Notes: generated by a model not told the origin, from the letters alone. DNA of 64,000 nt from an uncultured Candidatus Rokubacteria bacterium (GCA_963762145.1 CAVXJS010000021.1:384001-448000), one strand, 5' to 3'; shown: positions 40,521-55,594, numbered from the stretch's first letter. Translations and numbers: made by a program.

Positions 40521-42299
40521 CGGCGCGCCAGCCATTTCTTGCCGAGGTAGGCCTCGATCACGGAGTCGTCCTCGACGACGACGCGGGGCAGCCCGGTGGC
40601 GAGCACGCGCCCGTGGTCCAGCACCACGAAGCGGTCGGCGAGGCGCATCATCGCGTGCATTGTATGCTCGATGATGCAGATCGTCATGCCCTCGGTGCGC
40701 AGCCGCGCCAGCACGTCCAGCACGTCGTCGCATTCCTCGCGGCCGAGCCCGGCCAGCGTCTCGTCCAGCAGCAGCAGGCGCGGATGGCCGGCCAGCGCGC
40801 GGGCCAGCTCCATCAGGCGGAGCTGCTTGTTGGTGAGCTGGCCCGCGGGAACGCCGGCACGGTCCTGCAAGCCAACCTGGTGGAGCGCGTGCACCGCCCA
40901 CGCGATGGCGTCCCGATCGGAGGCGCCGCCGCCGTAGGCGCCCACGATCACGTTGTCGAGCACGGGGAGGCGGGTGAAGCTGCGCACCACCTGGAACGTG
41001 CGGCCCACGCCCATGCGGCAGACCTCGTGGGTCTTCTTGCCCAGCATCGGCTGCCCGTCGAGCCGGGCCGAGCCCGCGTCGGCGTCGAGCACGCCGTTCA
41101 GCACGTTGAACAGCGTCGTCTTGCCCGCGCCGTTCGGCCCGATGATGCCGAGGATCTCGCCCTCGGTGACCGAGAAGCTCACCTCGCTGACCGCGCGGAG
41201 CCCGCCGAAGGCGCGCGACAGCCCTTCGACCTGCAGGAGCGGCCGCGCTCCGTCGTGCCGCCGCGCGCCGCTTGAGAGCGTCGGGTGCGGCGCCGGACGA
41301 GGCGGGCCGCCAGCGTCGGGGATCGGCTGCGGCGCCTCGCGGCGAAGCCAGCGGTCGCGGATGGTCCAGTACAGAGCCGTCGGGCGACAGCAGCATGACC
41401 GCGATGATGGCGACGCCGTAGACCACGCCCTGGATGCCCGGCAGATACGTGCCCAGCTCGGCCTGGAGCGTCTCGGCCAGCGGCACCAGGATGGCCGCGC
41501 CGATCACCGGCCCCCACACCGAGGCCACGCCGCCGAACAGCGTGACCACCACCGCCTGCGCGGAGACGAGCATGCCGAACACCGAATCCGGCGTGACGAC
41601 CAGCAGCACGCGCGCGTAGAAGCCGCCGGCCGCCGCGCCCATCATCCCCGACACCACCAGCGAGCGCATCTTCCACAGGCGCGCGTTGATGCCCGCCGCC
41701 TCCGCCGCCAGCTCGTTCTGCCGGATGGCCAGCAGGGCCAGGCCGAAGCGCGAGTTTTCAATGATCAGCGAGACCACCACGCCGCCCACCAGCAGGAGGA
41801 CGGCCAGCAGCGTGTACACGCGCGGGTCGTTGAACTCCATGAAGGCCGCCGCGTTGTCGCGGTGCATGGGCATCGAGACTTCCTGGAAGCCCAGGTACTG
41901 CATCACGTAGAGGATGGCGAGCGGATAGGCCAGCATGGACAGCGCGAAGTAGTGCCCGCGCAGGCGGAACGTGGGGAAGCCGATCGCGATGGCGGCGAGG
42001 CCGCCGATGACCATGCCGAGCGGGATGCCGAGCCAGGGCGAGAGGCTCCAGTAGACGACCGAGAGCGTGACCGTGTACGCGCCGATGCCGAAGAAGCTGG
42101 CGTGGCCGAAGGAGAGCTGCCCGCCGTAGCCGGAGAGGATGTTCCACGACACGCCGAACAGGGCCCACACCGGCACCAGCGTGAGGATGAGCTGGTAGTA
42201 GCTGTTGGTCACGAACAGCGCGGCCACCAGGTAGACGACCGAAACGACGGCGAGCACGATCAGGTGCCGCCGCAGATGCGGGCCGGCGCCCTGCCTCAT
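40514..42299 (-). CDS. LivM permease-LivG ATPase fusion (frameshifted at 41230-41380)
   Basis: [20 protein letters not shown] permease, then [23 protein letters not shown]. The 3' end is approximate. Confidence 0.8.
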
Positions 42300-43252
42300 G
42301 CCCGCTCCGCGGAGCGGCCGAAGAGGCCCTGCGGCCGCAGCAGCACGATCATCAGGAACACGACGAAGATCGCCGCGTTCTGCAGCTGCGGCGGCAGGAT
42401 CAAGGCCGAGAACTGCTGCACAAAGCCGACGGTGACGCCGCCCCAGAACGCGCCGAAGATGCTGCCCATGCCGCCCAGCACCACGCCCGAGTACATGATG
42501 ATGACGTAGTCGAAGCCTACGAACGGCCCGAACGAGATGTAGGTGGCCATGAGCCCGCCCGCGACCGCAGTGATGCCGCAGCCCAGGCCGAAGGCGATGC
42601 GGTAGGACCGGTCCACGTCGATGCCCATGTAGGTGGCCGCCGTCGGGTTGTCGGCCGCGGCCCGCAGCGCCTTGCCCAGGCGCGTGTACTCGAGCACGAG
42701 GTAGAGCACCACCGCCGCCAGCACCGCCACCACGAAGGCCACCAGCTTGGCCTTGTTCACGAAGACGGTGGCGCCCTCGTACACGGGCCCGAGCTGGAAG
42801 GCCTGGGAGGACAGCGGCGTGCGGACGGCGACCGGCGTGGAGCCGAACACGATCTGCCCGCCGTTCTGGAGGATCAGCGAGATGCCGAGCGTGACGATGA
42901 GCTGGCCGAAGTGGCCTTCATCGAGCGAGCCCACCGTGCGCAGGCCCGACACCCGCGAGATCAGGAACCGGTGCAGCAGCAGGCCGGCGATGAAGATCAT
43001 CGGCCCCGCGCACATCGCCCCGATGAACGGCCCCCAGTACGGGCCCAGGAAGGCCAGGATCCGCCCCTCGCTGACCAGATAGAAGGAGGCGAACATGCCC
43101 AGCATCAGCAGCTCGCCCTGGGCGAAGTTGACGATCCGCATGATGCCGAAGATGAGCCCGAGGCCGATGCACATCAGACCGTAGATGCAACCGATCGTGA
43201 TGCCCGCGGTGACCGCGTTCAGGACGTTCTCGATCAGGATCTCTGCGTCCAC
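42296..43252 (-). CDS. livH: Branched-chain amino acid ABC permease LivH
   Basis: [44 protein letters not shown]. Confidence 0.88.
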   Translation of the reverse strand: MDAEILIENVLNAVTAGITIGCIYGLMCIGLGLIFGIMRIVNFAQGELLMLGMFASFYLVSEGRILAFLGPYWGPFIGAMCAGPMIFIAGLLLHRFLISRVSGLRTVGSLDEGHFGQLIVTLGISLILQNGGQIVFGSTPVAVRTPLSSQAFQLGPVYEGATVFVNKAKLVAFVVAVLAAVVLYLVLEYTRLGKALRAAADNPTAATYMGIDVDRSYRIAFGLGCGITAVAGGLMATYISFGPFVGFDYVIIMYSGVVLGGMGSIFGAFWGGVTVGFVQQFSALILPPQLQNAAIFVVFLMIVLLRPQGLFGRSAERA

Positions 43253-43379
43253 CGCGCTTCCGATCGCCTCCCGTGGGGTGCCGGCCCGGGGGCGCCCGCG
43301 CCCTTGCGCGGTGCGCCTGCTGGGGGCAACCCAGGCGACTTTAGCACGTCCGTGGCGAGTGCAGATCGCCAGGGAGAGG

Positions 43380-43580
43380 CTAGCCGAAAGCGGGTCGTTT
43401 GATTATCTCGATGGCGCGCGGGACGTGGGTTGGCTGTAACCCACGGGCGGGATGCGTCAGGGCAAGCTGGGTACGTAGTTCCCCTATGTCGCCGTGGTCA
43501 TCGATGATCACATAGGTACCCTCGGCATGCTCCGCCAGCCAGGCCGCGATCTCCTCGCCCCGGTCGGCGCCGGGGGCTGG
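43380..43580 (-). pseudogene. C-terminal fragment of a second HAD_SAK_2-type gene
   Basis: PGADRGEEIAAWLAEH..YVIIDDHGDIGELR..THPARGLQP is colinear with the gene at 30128-30553 but lacks the DxD motif. Confidence 0.75.
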
Positions 43581-43669
43581 ACACGGTTGCTTGTCCTCGG
43601 GAGGCCCGCGCCCGGCATTCGCCCGAGCGGGAAGCGTCGCCCTCTTTAGACCGTCCCCCTCGGGTTCTC

Positions 43670-44329
43670 TCAGGCCTTTCGCTCTTCTCCTTGGCTTGGT
43701 CCCTTTCCCTCGTAACTCCCAATGCGCCCCATGTACTGGTTCCACATGACTTGGTACACGGACTGCCCATCCCTGTTAACGCCAACGGTCTCCTGGAGCA
43801 TGATCGCGTACTCAGGGTTGTCGCTCTTGACTCGGGTGCGACGAGCAACGCCTCGTAGTTCGGCCAAGGTTCACCAATCAACCCCCAAGCCGCAGCCTGA
43901 GTGCGCACCGCCACGATAGCCTCGTCAAGTTCCGCCAACTCCAACGCCCTGTTCGTAGTCGTGTGCGATCCTGTCCCGCCGCTTGCGGATTTTGTGCAGT
44001 GCCTCAGGATCCAGCACCTTGCTCTGGTCGGCGAGAAACGAGATGCGACCATTCAGGGAGTGACATTTCTTCGACTGACTCTTCGTCATCTGAGTCTCGC
44101 AGCCGTGGTCGAGGAGGGTGGCTAGCTCGACAGAGAGTAGGCTCCCGACGATGCGGCGAAGTGGAGGGAACCAGGTCGCCAGATTTCCGTGTACGAATCC
44201 TAGTTCCCACGTCATCGTAATCGTCTTGCGGACCATGAACGCGTGCGATGCCTCACGGAACGTGATGGCCAGCGCGGTAGTCTTGAGCACCGTCAGGTTC
44301 CCTTGCGCTTGGAGCGCCTTGTCCGGCAC
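43670..44329 (-). CDS. Lower-GC hypothetical protein with a HEPN-like RxxxxH motif (frameshifted or decayed)
   Basis: SLNGRISFL..LHKIRKRRDRIAHD, continuing in adjacent frames as ELAELDEAIVAV and QETVGVNRDG; atypical codon usage. Confidence 0.45.
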
Positions 44330-44479
44330 TCGACGAGTCTTAACATAGCGGCGTAACCAGTCTGGATGCTTGGTGACTCCTGGCTACGTGACGCTCGCCA
44401 TGGTTCTCCGGTAGAGCGGCATCCAGCTGGCATCTAAACCGTGTTTGGGCTCTGCGGGTTGTCCTTGCTCCGGGATGCA

Positions 44480-45589
<1,110 letters not shown>

Positions 45590-45592
45590 CGC

Positions 45593-46409
45593 CTAGCCCG
45601 CCGTCCGAAGGCCGCTCAGCAGGTAGCGCTGCAGGAAGAACACGAGCAGGAACGTGGGCACCGAGACCAGCACCGCGGCGGCCATCACCATGCCCCAGTG
45701 CACGCCGGTCTGCTCCACGAAGGTGGCGAGCCCGACGGGCAGCGTGAACATCTTGCGGTCCGTCTGCAGGATGAACGCGAACGTGAAGTCGTTCCAGGAG
45801 AGCGCGAAGGAGAAGATGGCCACCGACAGGATGCCGGGCCGGGCCGAGGGCAGGCACACCTGGCGCAGGGCGGCCAGGCGGCTCGCGCCGGATGTCCACG
45901 CGGCCTCCTCCAGCGACTGGGGCACGATCTGGAAGTACTGCCACATGAGCCAGATGTTGAGCGGCAGGCTGATGGCCATGTGGGCCAGGATCAGGCCGGT
46001 GTAGGTGTTCCGCATCTGCAATGCTGAGAACAGGATGTAGAGCGGGATGGCCATCAGCATGGGCGGGAACATGTAGGAGAAGAGCGTGCCGAAGGCGAAG
46101 GTCTTCTTGCCCGGGAAGGCGAAGCGGGTGAGGCCGTAGCCGGCCAGGGTGGCCGCGATCACGTTCAGCACGATGGCGCCCACCGCCGCGATCAGGCTGT
46201 TGACGAAGTAGCGCGCGAACTCGGTGGCGAAGAGCAGCTCGCGGTAGTTGCTCAGCGAGAAGTCCAGGCGGAAGAGCCGGAAGGGCGGCTTGAAGAGCGC
46301 CTCGCGCGGGGTGAACGAGGTCAGCACCATCCAGTAGAACGGGAAGGCCACCGCCACCAGCACCACCAGCAGCAGGGCGAACGGCCCGTAAGACCTGGAG
46401 CCGGCTCAC
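45593..46409 (-). CDS. Carbohydrate-type ABC permease (frameshift near the 5' end)
   Basis: FPFYWMVLTSF, EAA loop LEEAAWTSGAS, SWNDF. Confidence 0.85.
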
Positions 46410-47301
46410 CGCCCCACCTCGATCTCCTTCGTGGGGTCGAACAGCTTGAAGTAGACCACCGCGCCCACCAGCAGCACGACGAACATCACGGTGCAGGCCG
46501 CCGCGGCCAGGCCGAAATCGAACTCCTCGAAGGCCAGGCGGTAGGCGTAGAGCGGCAGCGTCTCGGTATGCTTCAGCGGGCCGCCGTGAGTCACCAGCCA
46601 GATCGAGTCGAACTTGTTGAACATCCAGATGCCGCGGAGCAGCGCGATCACGATCAGCGTGGTGCGCAGGTTGGGCAGCGTCACGTCCCAGAAGGCGCGC
46701 AGCGTGCCCGCGCCGGAGACGGCGGCGGCCTCGTAGAGCTTGGGGTTGATGGCCTGCAGGCGCGCCAGGATCAGCAGCGTGGCGAAGGAGCCGTACTGCC
46801 AGCCCGCCATGCCGATGACCGACCACATCGCGGTGGCCAGGCCGCCGAAGAAGTTGATGGGGCGGGCCACCGCGCCCGGTCTGCATCAGCACCTGGTTGA
46901 TGACGCCGTACTCCTGCGAGAGGAGCCACTGGAAGATCAGGGCGACCACGATGGACGGCAGGAGGTACGGGAGGACGAAGAGGCTGCGGACGAAGGTGAG
47001 GCCGCGGAAGGCGCGGTTGAGCAGCAAGCGCGGAGACCAGGCCCCAGACGAGCTGGAGGCCGACGGCGCCGAGGGTGAAAACGACGGAGCGCCAGAAGGC
47101 GTTCCAGAGCTCGGGCTCTTCGAGGATGTAGCGGTAGTTGGCGAGGCCGACCCACTTCGTGGTGGGGTTGAAGGCGGTCTTCTTGAAGAAGCTGAGCATG
47201 ACCGCGTACGCGATGGGGAGGTACGCGATCACCAGGAGGAAGATCAGGGCGGGGGCGGTGGTGCCGAAGATCCAGGCGCGCCGCTCGGTGGTGGCGCTCA
47301 T
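46406..47301 (-). CDS. Carbohydrate-type ABC permease (frameshifted)
   Basis: APALIFL..WVGLANYR, LYEAAAVSGAG, THGGP. Confidence 0.85.
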
Positions 47302-47320
47302 GCCGGCGGCCCCTCCCCTC

Positions 47321-47357
47321 CCCCTCACCCTGCCCTCTCCCCCGGAGGGGGAGAGGG
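47321..47357. repeat. REP-like palindromic element (copy 4)
   Basis: cccctcaccctgccctctccccc-gga-gggggagaggg. Confidence 0.8.
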
Positions 47358-47472
47358 TGGAGGAGGGGGGCAACCAGCATCTCAAGATTCACCGTGCTTT
47401 CGCTTACCTCCCGTGCCCCGGCCGGGGCAGAACGCAGCGTCGCACTCTACCACGTCCGTGGGCAGTCGGGCC

Positions 47473-50149
<2,677 letters not shown>

Positions 50150-50286
50150 GGCATTCCGCGGCCACCCTGCCGTCCGCCGCCCGTGCGGCGCCGTCGGGCG
50201 CCAGCTCCTTGCGCGAAATGGTGCGCTCGGAACCCGGCCGGGTCAAGGGCGGCGGTGGCCAGACCTCTTGCGCCGCGGTATTCGTG

Positions 50287-50360
50287 CCCCCTCACCCTGC
50301 CCTCTCCCCCTCACGGGGGAGAGGGAGACAAGTCCAACCCTCTCCCCGTTGGGGAGAGGG
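50287..50360. repeat. REP-like palindromic element doublet (copy 5)
   Basis: ccctcaccctgccctctccccc-tcac-gggggagaggg followed by ccctctcccc-gtt-ggggagaggg. Confidence 0.8.
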
Positions 50361-50361
50361 T

Positions 50362-51681
50362 TCAGCTGACCCGCTTCATCTTCTTGCGGACCTGGGCGGC
50401 GGCCTCGTCCACCACCTGCTCCGACTTCATGCCCTTGATGTTGCGCATCGCGAGCATCCAGCCGGCGAGATTCTCGTTGTGGAAGAGGCCGATGTAGGGA
50501 TTCAGCTCCTTGCCGTCCCAGTAGTAGAGCGGCACGCCCTTGGTCCAGATGGAGTCGAGGAACTTCAGCACGTCCATCCGCTTCTGGATCACCGGGTTGT
50601 CCTGGTACTTGGCCGAGTTCAGCATCTGCCGGCTGGCCGGGATGATGTGCAGCGGCACCGCGTGGTACCAGGCGATGAGGTCCGGGTGCTTGAGGAAGAA
50701 GGTGACGTACTTCTTGGCCCCATCCACGTTGGACTTCTCCAGGATGTGGAAGCCCTGGACGGACAGGTAGTAGTGATCGGTCAGCTTCCTCGGCAGCTCG
50801 AACGGCACGGTGGCGTCGGCGATCTTGGGGTTGTTGGCGATGGTCTGGTCGAGCAGGCGCGAGCCCACGTACCAGGACGAGGCGGCCTTCTCGGTGAAGT
50901 AGGTCGACATCAGCTCGCCCCAGTTGAAGGTGCTGGCCTCGGGCGAGAACTTGTGCAGCTCGTTCAGGTAGTCGAGCGTCTCGACGGCGCGCTTCTTCTG
51001 GTCGCCCTTGTCCAGCACGACCTCGTAGTCCTTCTTGGCCGCGTCCCACCCGAACCAGTGGACGTTGTTCTTCATGAACATCGTCTCGAGCAGGAGGGTG
51101 GAGGCGCCCGTCTCCGCGGAGGGCACGATGCAGCCGTACATGTTCGGCGGATCGTTGAGCGCCTTGGCCGCCTTGAGGTAGTCGTCCCAGCTCTTGGGCG
51201 CGCCCAGCTTCTTGGCGTCGTAGAGATCCTTGCGATACCAGCCGTAGGTGAACTGCTGGCTGGTCGGAATCGACCGGTCCGCGCCCTTGTAGATGAGGCG
51301 CTGGTTCTCCGCCGCCCCGCCGGTGGCCTTCAGCACGTCGCCCACGTCGGCCAGCTGGTTCTCCAGCGCCAGGTTCATGGCCTGGCCGGCGCCGTACCAG
51401 ACGATCTCGGGCGGGGTGCCGGCGGCGATCAGTGTGGCCACGCGCTTGGCGATGTTGGCGAAGCCCGGGGTCTCGACCACCACCTCGATCCCGGTCTCCT
51501 TCTTGAAGTCGGCGTTGATCTTCTCGTAGACCGCGATGGCCTTCGGGTTCGACTCCTCGGATACGAAGACCACCTTGTTCTTGTCCTGGCCGCGGGCCGT
51601 CTTCACCATGATCTGCGGGGCCACCGCGGCCGCGCCCGCAACGGCGGCGCCCTTCACGAACGTCCGGCGATCGATGAACAT
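50362..51681 (-). CDS. CUT1-type ABC substrate-binding protein (Tat signal)
   Basis: DRRTFVKG Tat motif; WYRKDLY..APKSWDD; GAGGAGG RBS. Confidence 0.88.
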   Translation of the reverse strand: MFIDRRTFVKGAAVAGAAAVAPQIMVKTARGQDKNKVVFVSEESNPKAIAVYEKINADFKKETGIEVVVETPGFANIAKRVATLIAAGTPPEIVWYGAGQAMNLALENQLADVGDVLKATGGAAENQRLIYKGADRSIPTSQQFTYGWYRKDLYDAKKLGAPKSWDDYLKAAKALNDPPNMYGCIVPSAETGASTLLLETMFMKNNVHWFGWDAAKKDYEVVLDKGDQKKRAVETLDYLNELHKFSPEASTFNWGELMSTYFTEKAASSWYVGSRLLDQTIANNPKIADATVPFELPRKLTDHYYLSVQGFHILEKSNVDGAKKYVTFFLKHPDLIAWYHAVPLHIIPASRQMLNSAKYQDNPVIQKRMDVLKFLDSIWTKGVPLYYWDGKELNPYIGLFHNENLAGWMLAMRNIKGMKSEQVVDEAAAQVRKKMKRVS

Positions 51682-51683
51682 GT

Positions 51684-53282
51684 TCAGCCTCCTCGGTTGG
51701 GGTCTGGGGTTGCCAGCGCGCGCGCTTTCAACGCCGCGCGATCGATCTTGTTGGTTCCGGCCAGCGGCAGCTCGGGGACGAGGAATACGCGCCGGGGATG
51801 CTGGTACGCCGGGCCGTGGGCCAGCGCCCAGTCCTTCACGGCCTGCTCGCCGAGGCCCGAGCCGGGTCGCGCGACCACGAAGGCCACCGGCACCTGGCCC
51901 TTCAGCTCGTGATCCACCGGCAGTACCGCGGCCTGCAGGATGTCGGGGTGTCGCTCCAGCGTGCCCTCGACGTCGCCCGGATAGACGTTCTCGCCGCCGC
52001 AGACGAACATGTCGTCGGTGCGGCCGACGAAGTAATAGAAGCCGTCGGCGTCGCGGCGACAGACGTCGCTCGTGTCGAACCAGCCGTCCTTCAGGCGCCG
52101 CGCCGTCTCCTCGGGCAGGTTGTGGTAGGCCGCCATCACGCCCGGGTTGCGCGTGAGCAGCACGCCCTCGTCGGGGCCCGGGTCGAGGCGAATCTCGCAG
52201 CCGTCCAGCGGGTAGCCGATGGAGGTGGCCGGGCGCGGCTTGCCTTCCGGGTGATTGGTGAACATCACCGGGCCCGCCTCGGTCACGCCGTAGCCGTTGC
52301 TGGCCGCCGCGTTCGGGAACGCGCGGTGGAGCGCCTCGAAGAGCGCGGGCGAGGCGGGCGCGGAGCCCACGCCGATGAAGCGCACGCTGCTCTTGTCGGT
52401 CTTCGCGAGCGCCGGGTCGTTCAGGATCAGGTGGAACATGGTCGGGACGCCCGAGAGGCGCGTGACCTTGTAGCGGCCGATGGACTCCACGTAGAGGCGC
52501 TGGTCGAAGCGGGCCAGCAGCACGATCGAGGCGCCCGCGCCCATGCCGACCTTGGTCCACACCAGCGCGTTCTTGTGGTAGAGCGGGGCGGCGACGAGGA
52601 TGCGATCGTCTTGCGTCATGCGCCGGGCCTTCACCAGCGCGTCGATCTGCCAGGCCTGACCGGCGTGGGTCAGCAGCACGCCCTTCGGGCGGCCGGTGGA
52701 GCCGGAGGTGTAGGGCTGCAGGCAGATGTCGTTGGGCGCGGGCTCGACGGTCGCGAACGGGCCAGGCTTCAGGAAGTCGGCGTAGTCGGCGTCGAAGTCG
52801 ACCGTGGGGACGTCTGGCGCCACCTTTCTGTGCGCGGCGTCCACGAACAGTAGGGACAGGTTGGCGTCCTTCGCGATGAACGCGAGGGATTCGGCGGGGA
52901 GCTTGATGTTCAGCGGGACCGGGATCGCGCCGGCGCGCATCGTGCCGTAGAGCGCGGCGATGTACTCCGTGCGGTTGAGGGCGAGGATGCCTACGCGGTC
53001 ACCGCGGGTGAGGCCGCGGGCGGTGAGGCCGGCGGCTACTGCGTCGCAGGCCGCGTCTAGCTTGGCGTAGGTGATCTCGCGGGGGGTGTCGGGTTTGGAG
53101 AGATCGATGATTGCGGTTCTTGTGGACCACCCCTCACCCTGCCCTCTCCCCTGAGGGGAGAGGGTTCTGGTGGTCCCTGTCCCCTCAGAGGAGAGGGTTC
53201 TGGAGGTGGTGGTCCCTCTCCCCTCTGGGGAGAGGGTAGGGTGAGGGGCCGGGCCCACCAGCGAGCCGACGTTCACCGTCAC
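51684..53282 (-). CDS. Class I adenylate-forming enzyme (acyl-CoA ligase) with an in-frame palindromic insertion
   Basis: YTSGSTGRPKG, YGVTE, GRTDD, GENVYP, KIDR; GTG start overlaps the upstream TGA (GTGA). Confidence 0.88.
   Translation of the reverse strand: MTVNVGSLVGPAPHPTLSPEGRGTTTSRTLSSEGTGTTRTLSPQGRGQGEGWSTRTAIIDLSKPDTPREITYAKLDAACDAVAAGLTARGLTRGDRVGILALNRTEYIAALYGTMRAGAIPVPLNIKLPAESLAFIAKDANLSLLFVDAAHRKVAPDVPTVDFDADYADFLKPGPFATVEPAPNDICLQPYTSGSTGRPKGVLLTHAGQAWQIDALVKARRMTQDDRILVAAPLYHKNALVWTKVGMGAGASIVLLARFDQRLYVESIGRYKVTRLSGVPTMFHLILNDPALAKTDKSSVRFIGVGSAPASPALFEALHRAFPNAAASNGYGVTEAGPVMFTNHPEGKPRPATSIGYPLDGCEIRLDPGPDEGVLLTRNPGVMAAYHNLPEETARRLKDGWFDTSDVCRRDADGFYYFVGRTDDMFVCGGENVYPGDVEGTLERHPDILQAAVLPVDHELKGQVPVAFVVARPGSGLGEQAVKDWALAHGPAYQHPRRVFLVPELPLAGTNKIDRAALKARALATPDPNRGG
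53130..53248. repeat. REP-like palindromic triplet (copy 6) inside a coding sequence
   Basis: Three hairpin units of the ccctctcccc/ggggagaggg family with outward-facing ccctcaccct tails and a repeated ggttctgg..tggtccc spacer. Confidence 0.85.
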
Positions 53283-54262
53283 GGGGTGACGATCACCTTG
53301 CCGAAGACTTCGCGGTCCTGGAGGATGCGCATGGCTTCGGCGGATTCGGCGAGCGGGAGGACGCGGTCGATGATGGGCTTGATGCTGCCGCGCTCGACCT
53401 CGCGCAAGAGGGCTTCGAGGTCGCTGCGCATCCAGCCGTTGGCGCCGATGATGTTGACCTCGCGCCGCCAGATGTAGCGGATGTCGGTCTTGGGGTCGAA
53501 GCCCGCGGTGGCGCCGCAGGTGAGCAGGCGGCCGTGCTTGGCCAGCGTGCGGAGGCTCGGCACCCAGGTGTCGCCGCCCGTGTAGTTCACGAGCACGTCC
53601 ACGCCCTGCTTGCCGGAGATCTCCCACGCCCGCTTGGAGAAGTCTTCCTTCGTGTAGTCGATGACGTGGTCCGCGCCCAGCTCCTTCAGGCGCTTGAGCT
53701 TCTCGGGCGACGACGCGCAGGCGATGACGCGGGCCTTGAGGTTCTTGGCGATCTGCACGCAGCCGGTGCCCACGCCGCCGCTGGCGCCCAGGATCAGCAC
53801 CAGCTCGCCGGCCTTGAGCTGACCGCGCGTGATCATCATGCGATAGGCGGTGCCGTAGGCGATGGGCAGCGAGGCGGCCTGCTCGAAGGTGACCGCGTCG
53901 GGCATGTGGATCAGGTTCTCGGCCTCGATCGCGATGCGCTCGCAGAGCCCGCCGTTGGCGTGCTCGCCCAGGGCGCCACCCGGCTTGATGTGCGGGTCGA
54001 TCAGCACGCGCCGGCCGACCCACTCGCGTCCGACGCCCGCGCCCACGGAGTGGACGACGCCCGCGATATCACCGCCCGGAATTCGCGGCATGGCCACCGG
54101 CAGGCCGGGCATGCCCTGGAGCACGAAGATGTCGAGGTAGTTGAGGCCGCAGGCCTTGACGCTGACCACTGCCTGGCCGGGTCCGGCGGTGGGCTCTGGC
54201 CAGTCCGTGTGCAGCTTGAGCTGGTCGAGCCCGCCGTGGGCCTGGACCGCGATCGCGCGCAT
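53279..54262 (-). CDS. Zinc-binding dehydrogenase / quinone oxidoreductase (MDR family)
   Basis: GLNYLD, PRIPGGD, LILGASGGVG, GADHVIDY, FGKVIV. Confidence 0.9.
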   Translation of the reverse strand: MRAIAVQAHGGLDQLKLHTDWPEPTAGPGQAVVSVKACGLNYLDIFVLQGMPGLPVAMPRIPGGDIAGVVHSVGAGVGREWVGRRVLIDPHIKPGGALGEHANGGLCERIAIEAENLIHMPDAVTFEQAASLPIAYGTAYRMMITRGQLKAGELVLILGASGGVGTGCVQIAKNLKARVIACASSPEKLKRLKELGADHVIDYTKEDFSKRAWEISGKQGVDVLVNYTGGDTWVPSLRTLAKHGRLLTCGATAGFDPKTDIRYIWRREVNIIGANGWMRSDLEALLREVERGSIKPIIDRVLPLAESAEAMRILQDREVFGKVIVTP

Positions 54263-54334
54263 TCCTACCGGTCGCCCCGAGTCATGGCCCTTGATGATGT
54301 ACCACTCCCGGCCGAAAAACCAGAACCCGGGACG

Positions 54335-55594
54335 TCAGGTCTTCCGGCCGAGCGCGTCCGCTGCGGCCGAGGGCCGGGCCGCGGGCCGGGCCGCGAACCA
54401 CGCTGCGACGGCCGAGCCGGCGACCGCGACACAGGCGGCCAGGAACGCCAGCCGGTAGCTGTTCGTGACGTCGAAGAGCCAGCCGGCGAGGAAGGGCCCG
54501 ATGGCGCCGCCTAGCCCTCCTCCCGCCTGGACCACCCCCAGGATCGCGCCCAGGTGCGGGCCGCCGAAGACGTCGGCGGGAATCGTGGAGAGCTGGGCGA
54601 TCCGCATGCCGAAACCGAATCCGGACAGCGCGTAGAAGAGGAGGAGGATGCGGTCCTCGGGACCCCCGATTGCGGCGAAGCACAGGATCCCGAGGATCGC
54701 GATGGCCGTGCCGGCCACGAAGACCCGCCCGCGCCCGGCCCGATCGGAGAGCCAGCCGCCGGCGACGTTGCCCGCCATCATGCACCCGGCGGCGAAGGCG
54801 AAGAACCAGACCGCGGTGTCCCGCGGCAAGCCCTGGTCTACCGCGTGGGCCACCTGGTGCGTGGCCATGATCTGGAAGCCGATGACCCCGAGCGCGGTCA
54901 TGGTGAAGGCAGACCAGAGCCGGACGCTCCGCAGCGCGCGCCGGAGCGTCCACACTTCGCTCGTGGCCCGAGCGCCCGCGGAGGGCGTGAAGGCGGCGCC
55001 GCCGGCCGGGCGTTGCGTGGGCGGCGGCTCGCGATAGAGCAGCGTGAGCAGGACGGTCGCGGCCGTGATGATGCCCCCGAAGACGACCAGCGCCGTGCGC
55101 CAGCCCAGCATCGCGATGAGCCACGCGATCAGCGGGTAGAAAGCCACCGCGCTGCCCGGTCCACCGGCGCTCAGCACCCCCATCGCCGTCCCGCGCGACC
55201 GGACGAACCATCGCGTGACGATCGTCGTCGACGGAATGAGCATCCCGGCGATGCCCGCGGCGCCGAGAACGCCGAAGCACAGGTAGTACTGCGCCAGGGA
55301 CGTCACCTGGCCGGTGAGCGCGAGGGCCACACCGAGGACCGCGCCGCCGGCGGCCACGACCGTCCGCGTGCCCCAGCGGTCGGAGAGCCAGCCGGCGATC
55401 GGCGCGAAGAGAACGAAGCCGAGCCAGCTCAGCGAATATCCGAGCGCGGTCGGGCCGCGACCCCACGCGAACTCCTCGAGCATCGCGACGTAGAAGAGCG
55501 CGAACGTGGATCGCACCGCCCACGCGAGCGCGTTGATGGCGGTCGACACCGCGACCACCGTCCAGCGGGAGCGCGCGTCGTGATCGAGGCTCAC
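54335..55594 (-). CDS. MFS transporter
   Basis: GWLSDRWGTR and GWLSDRAGRGR MFS motifs; many hydrophobic segments. Confidence 0.88.
   Translation of the reverse strand: MSLDHDARSRWTVVAVSTAINALAWAVRSTFALFYVAMLEEFAWGRGPTALGYSLSWLGFVLFAPIAGWLSDRWGTRTVVAAGGAVLGVALALTGQVTSLAQYYLCFGVLGAAGIAGMLIPSTTIVTRWFVRSRGTAMGVLSAGGPGSAVAFYPLIAWLIAMLGWRTALVVFGGIITAATVLLTLLYREPPPTQRPAGGAAFTPSAGARATSEVWTLRRALRSVRLWSAFTMTALGVIGFQIMATHQVAHAVDQGLPRDTAVWFFAFAAGCMMAGNVAGGWLSDRAGRGRVFVAGTAIAILGILCFAAIGGPEDRILLLFYALSGFGFGMRIAQLSTIPADVFGGPHLGAILGVVQAGGGLGGAIGPFLAGWLFDVTNSYRLAFLAACVAVAGSAVAAWFAARPAARPSAAADALGRKT

Noticed and set aside
53130-53248. Possible mini-CRISPR array
   Set aside because: The units are self-complementary hairpins with short, similar spacers, match dispersed REP copies, and there are no cas genes.
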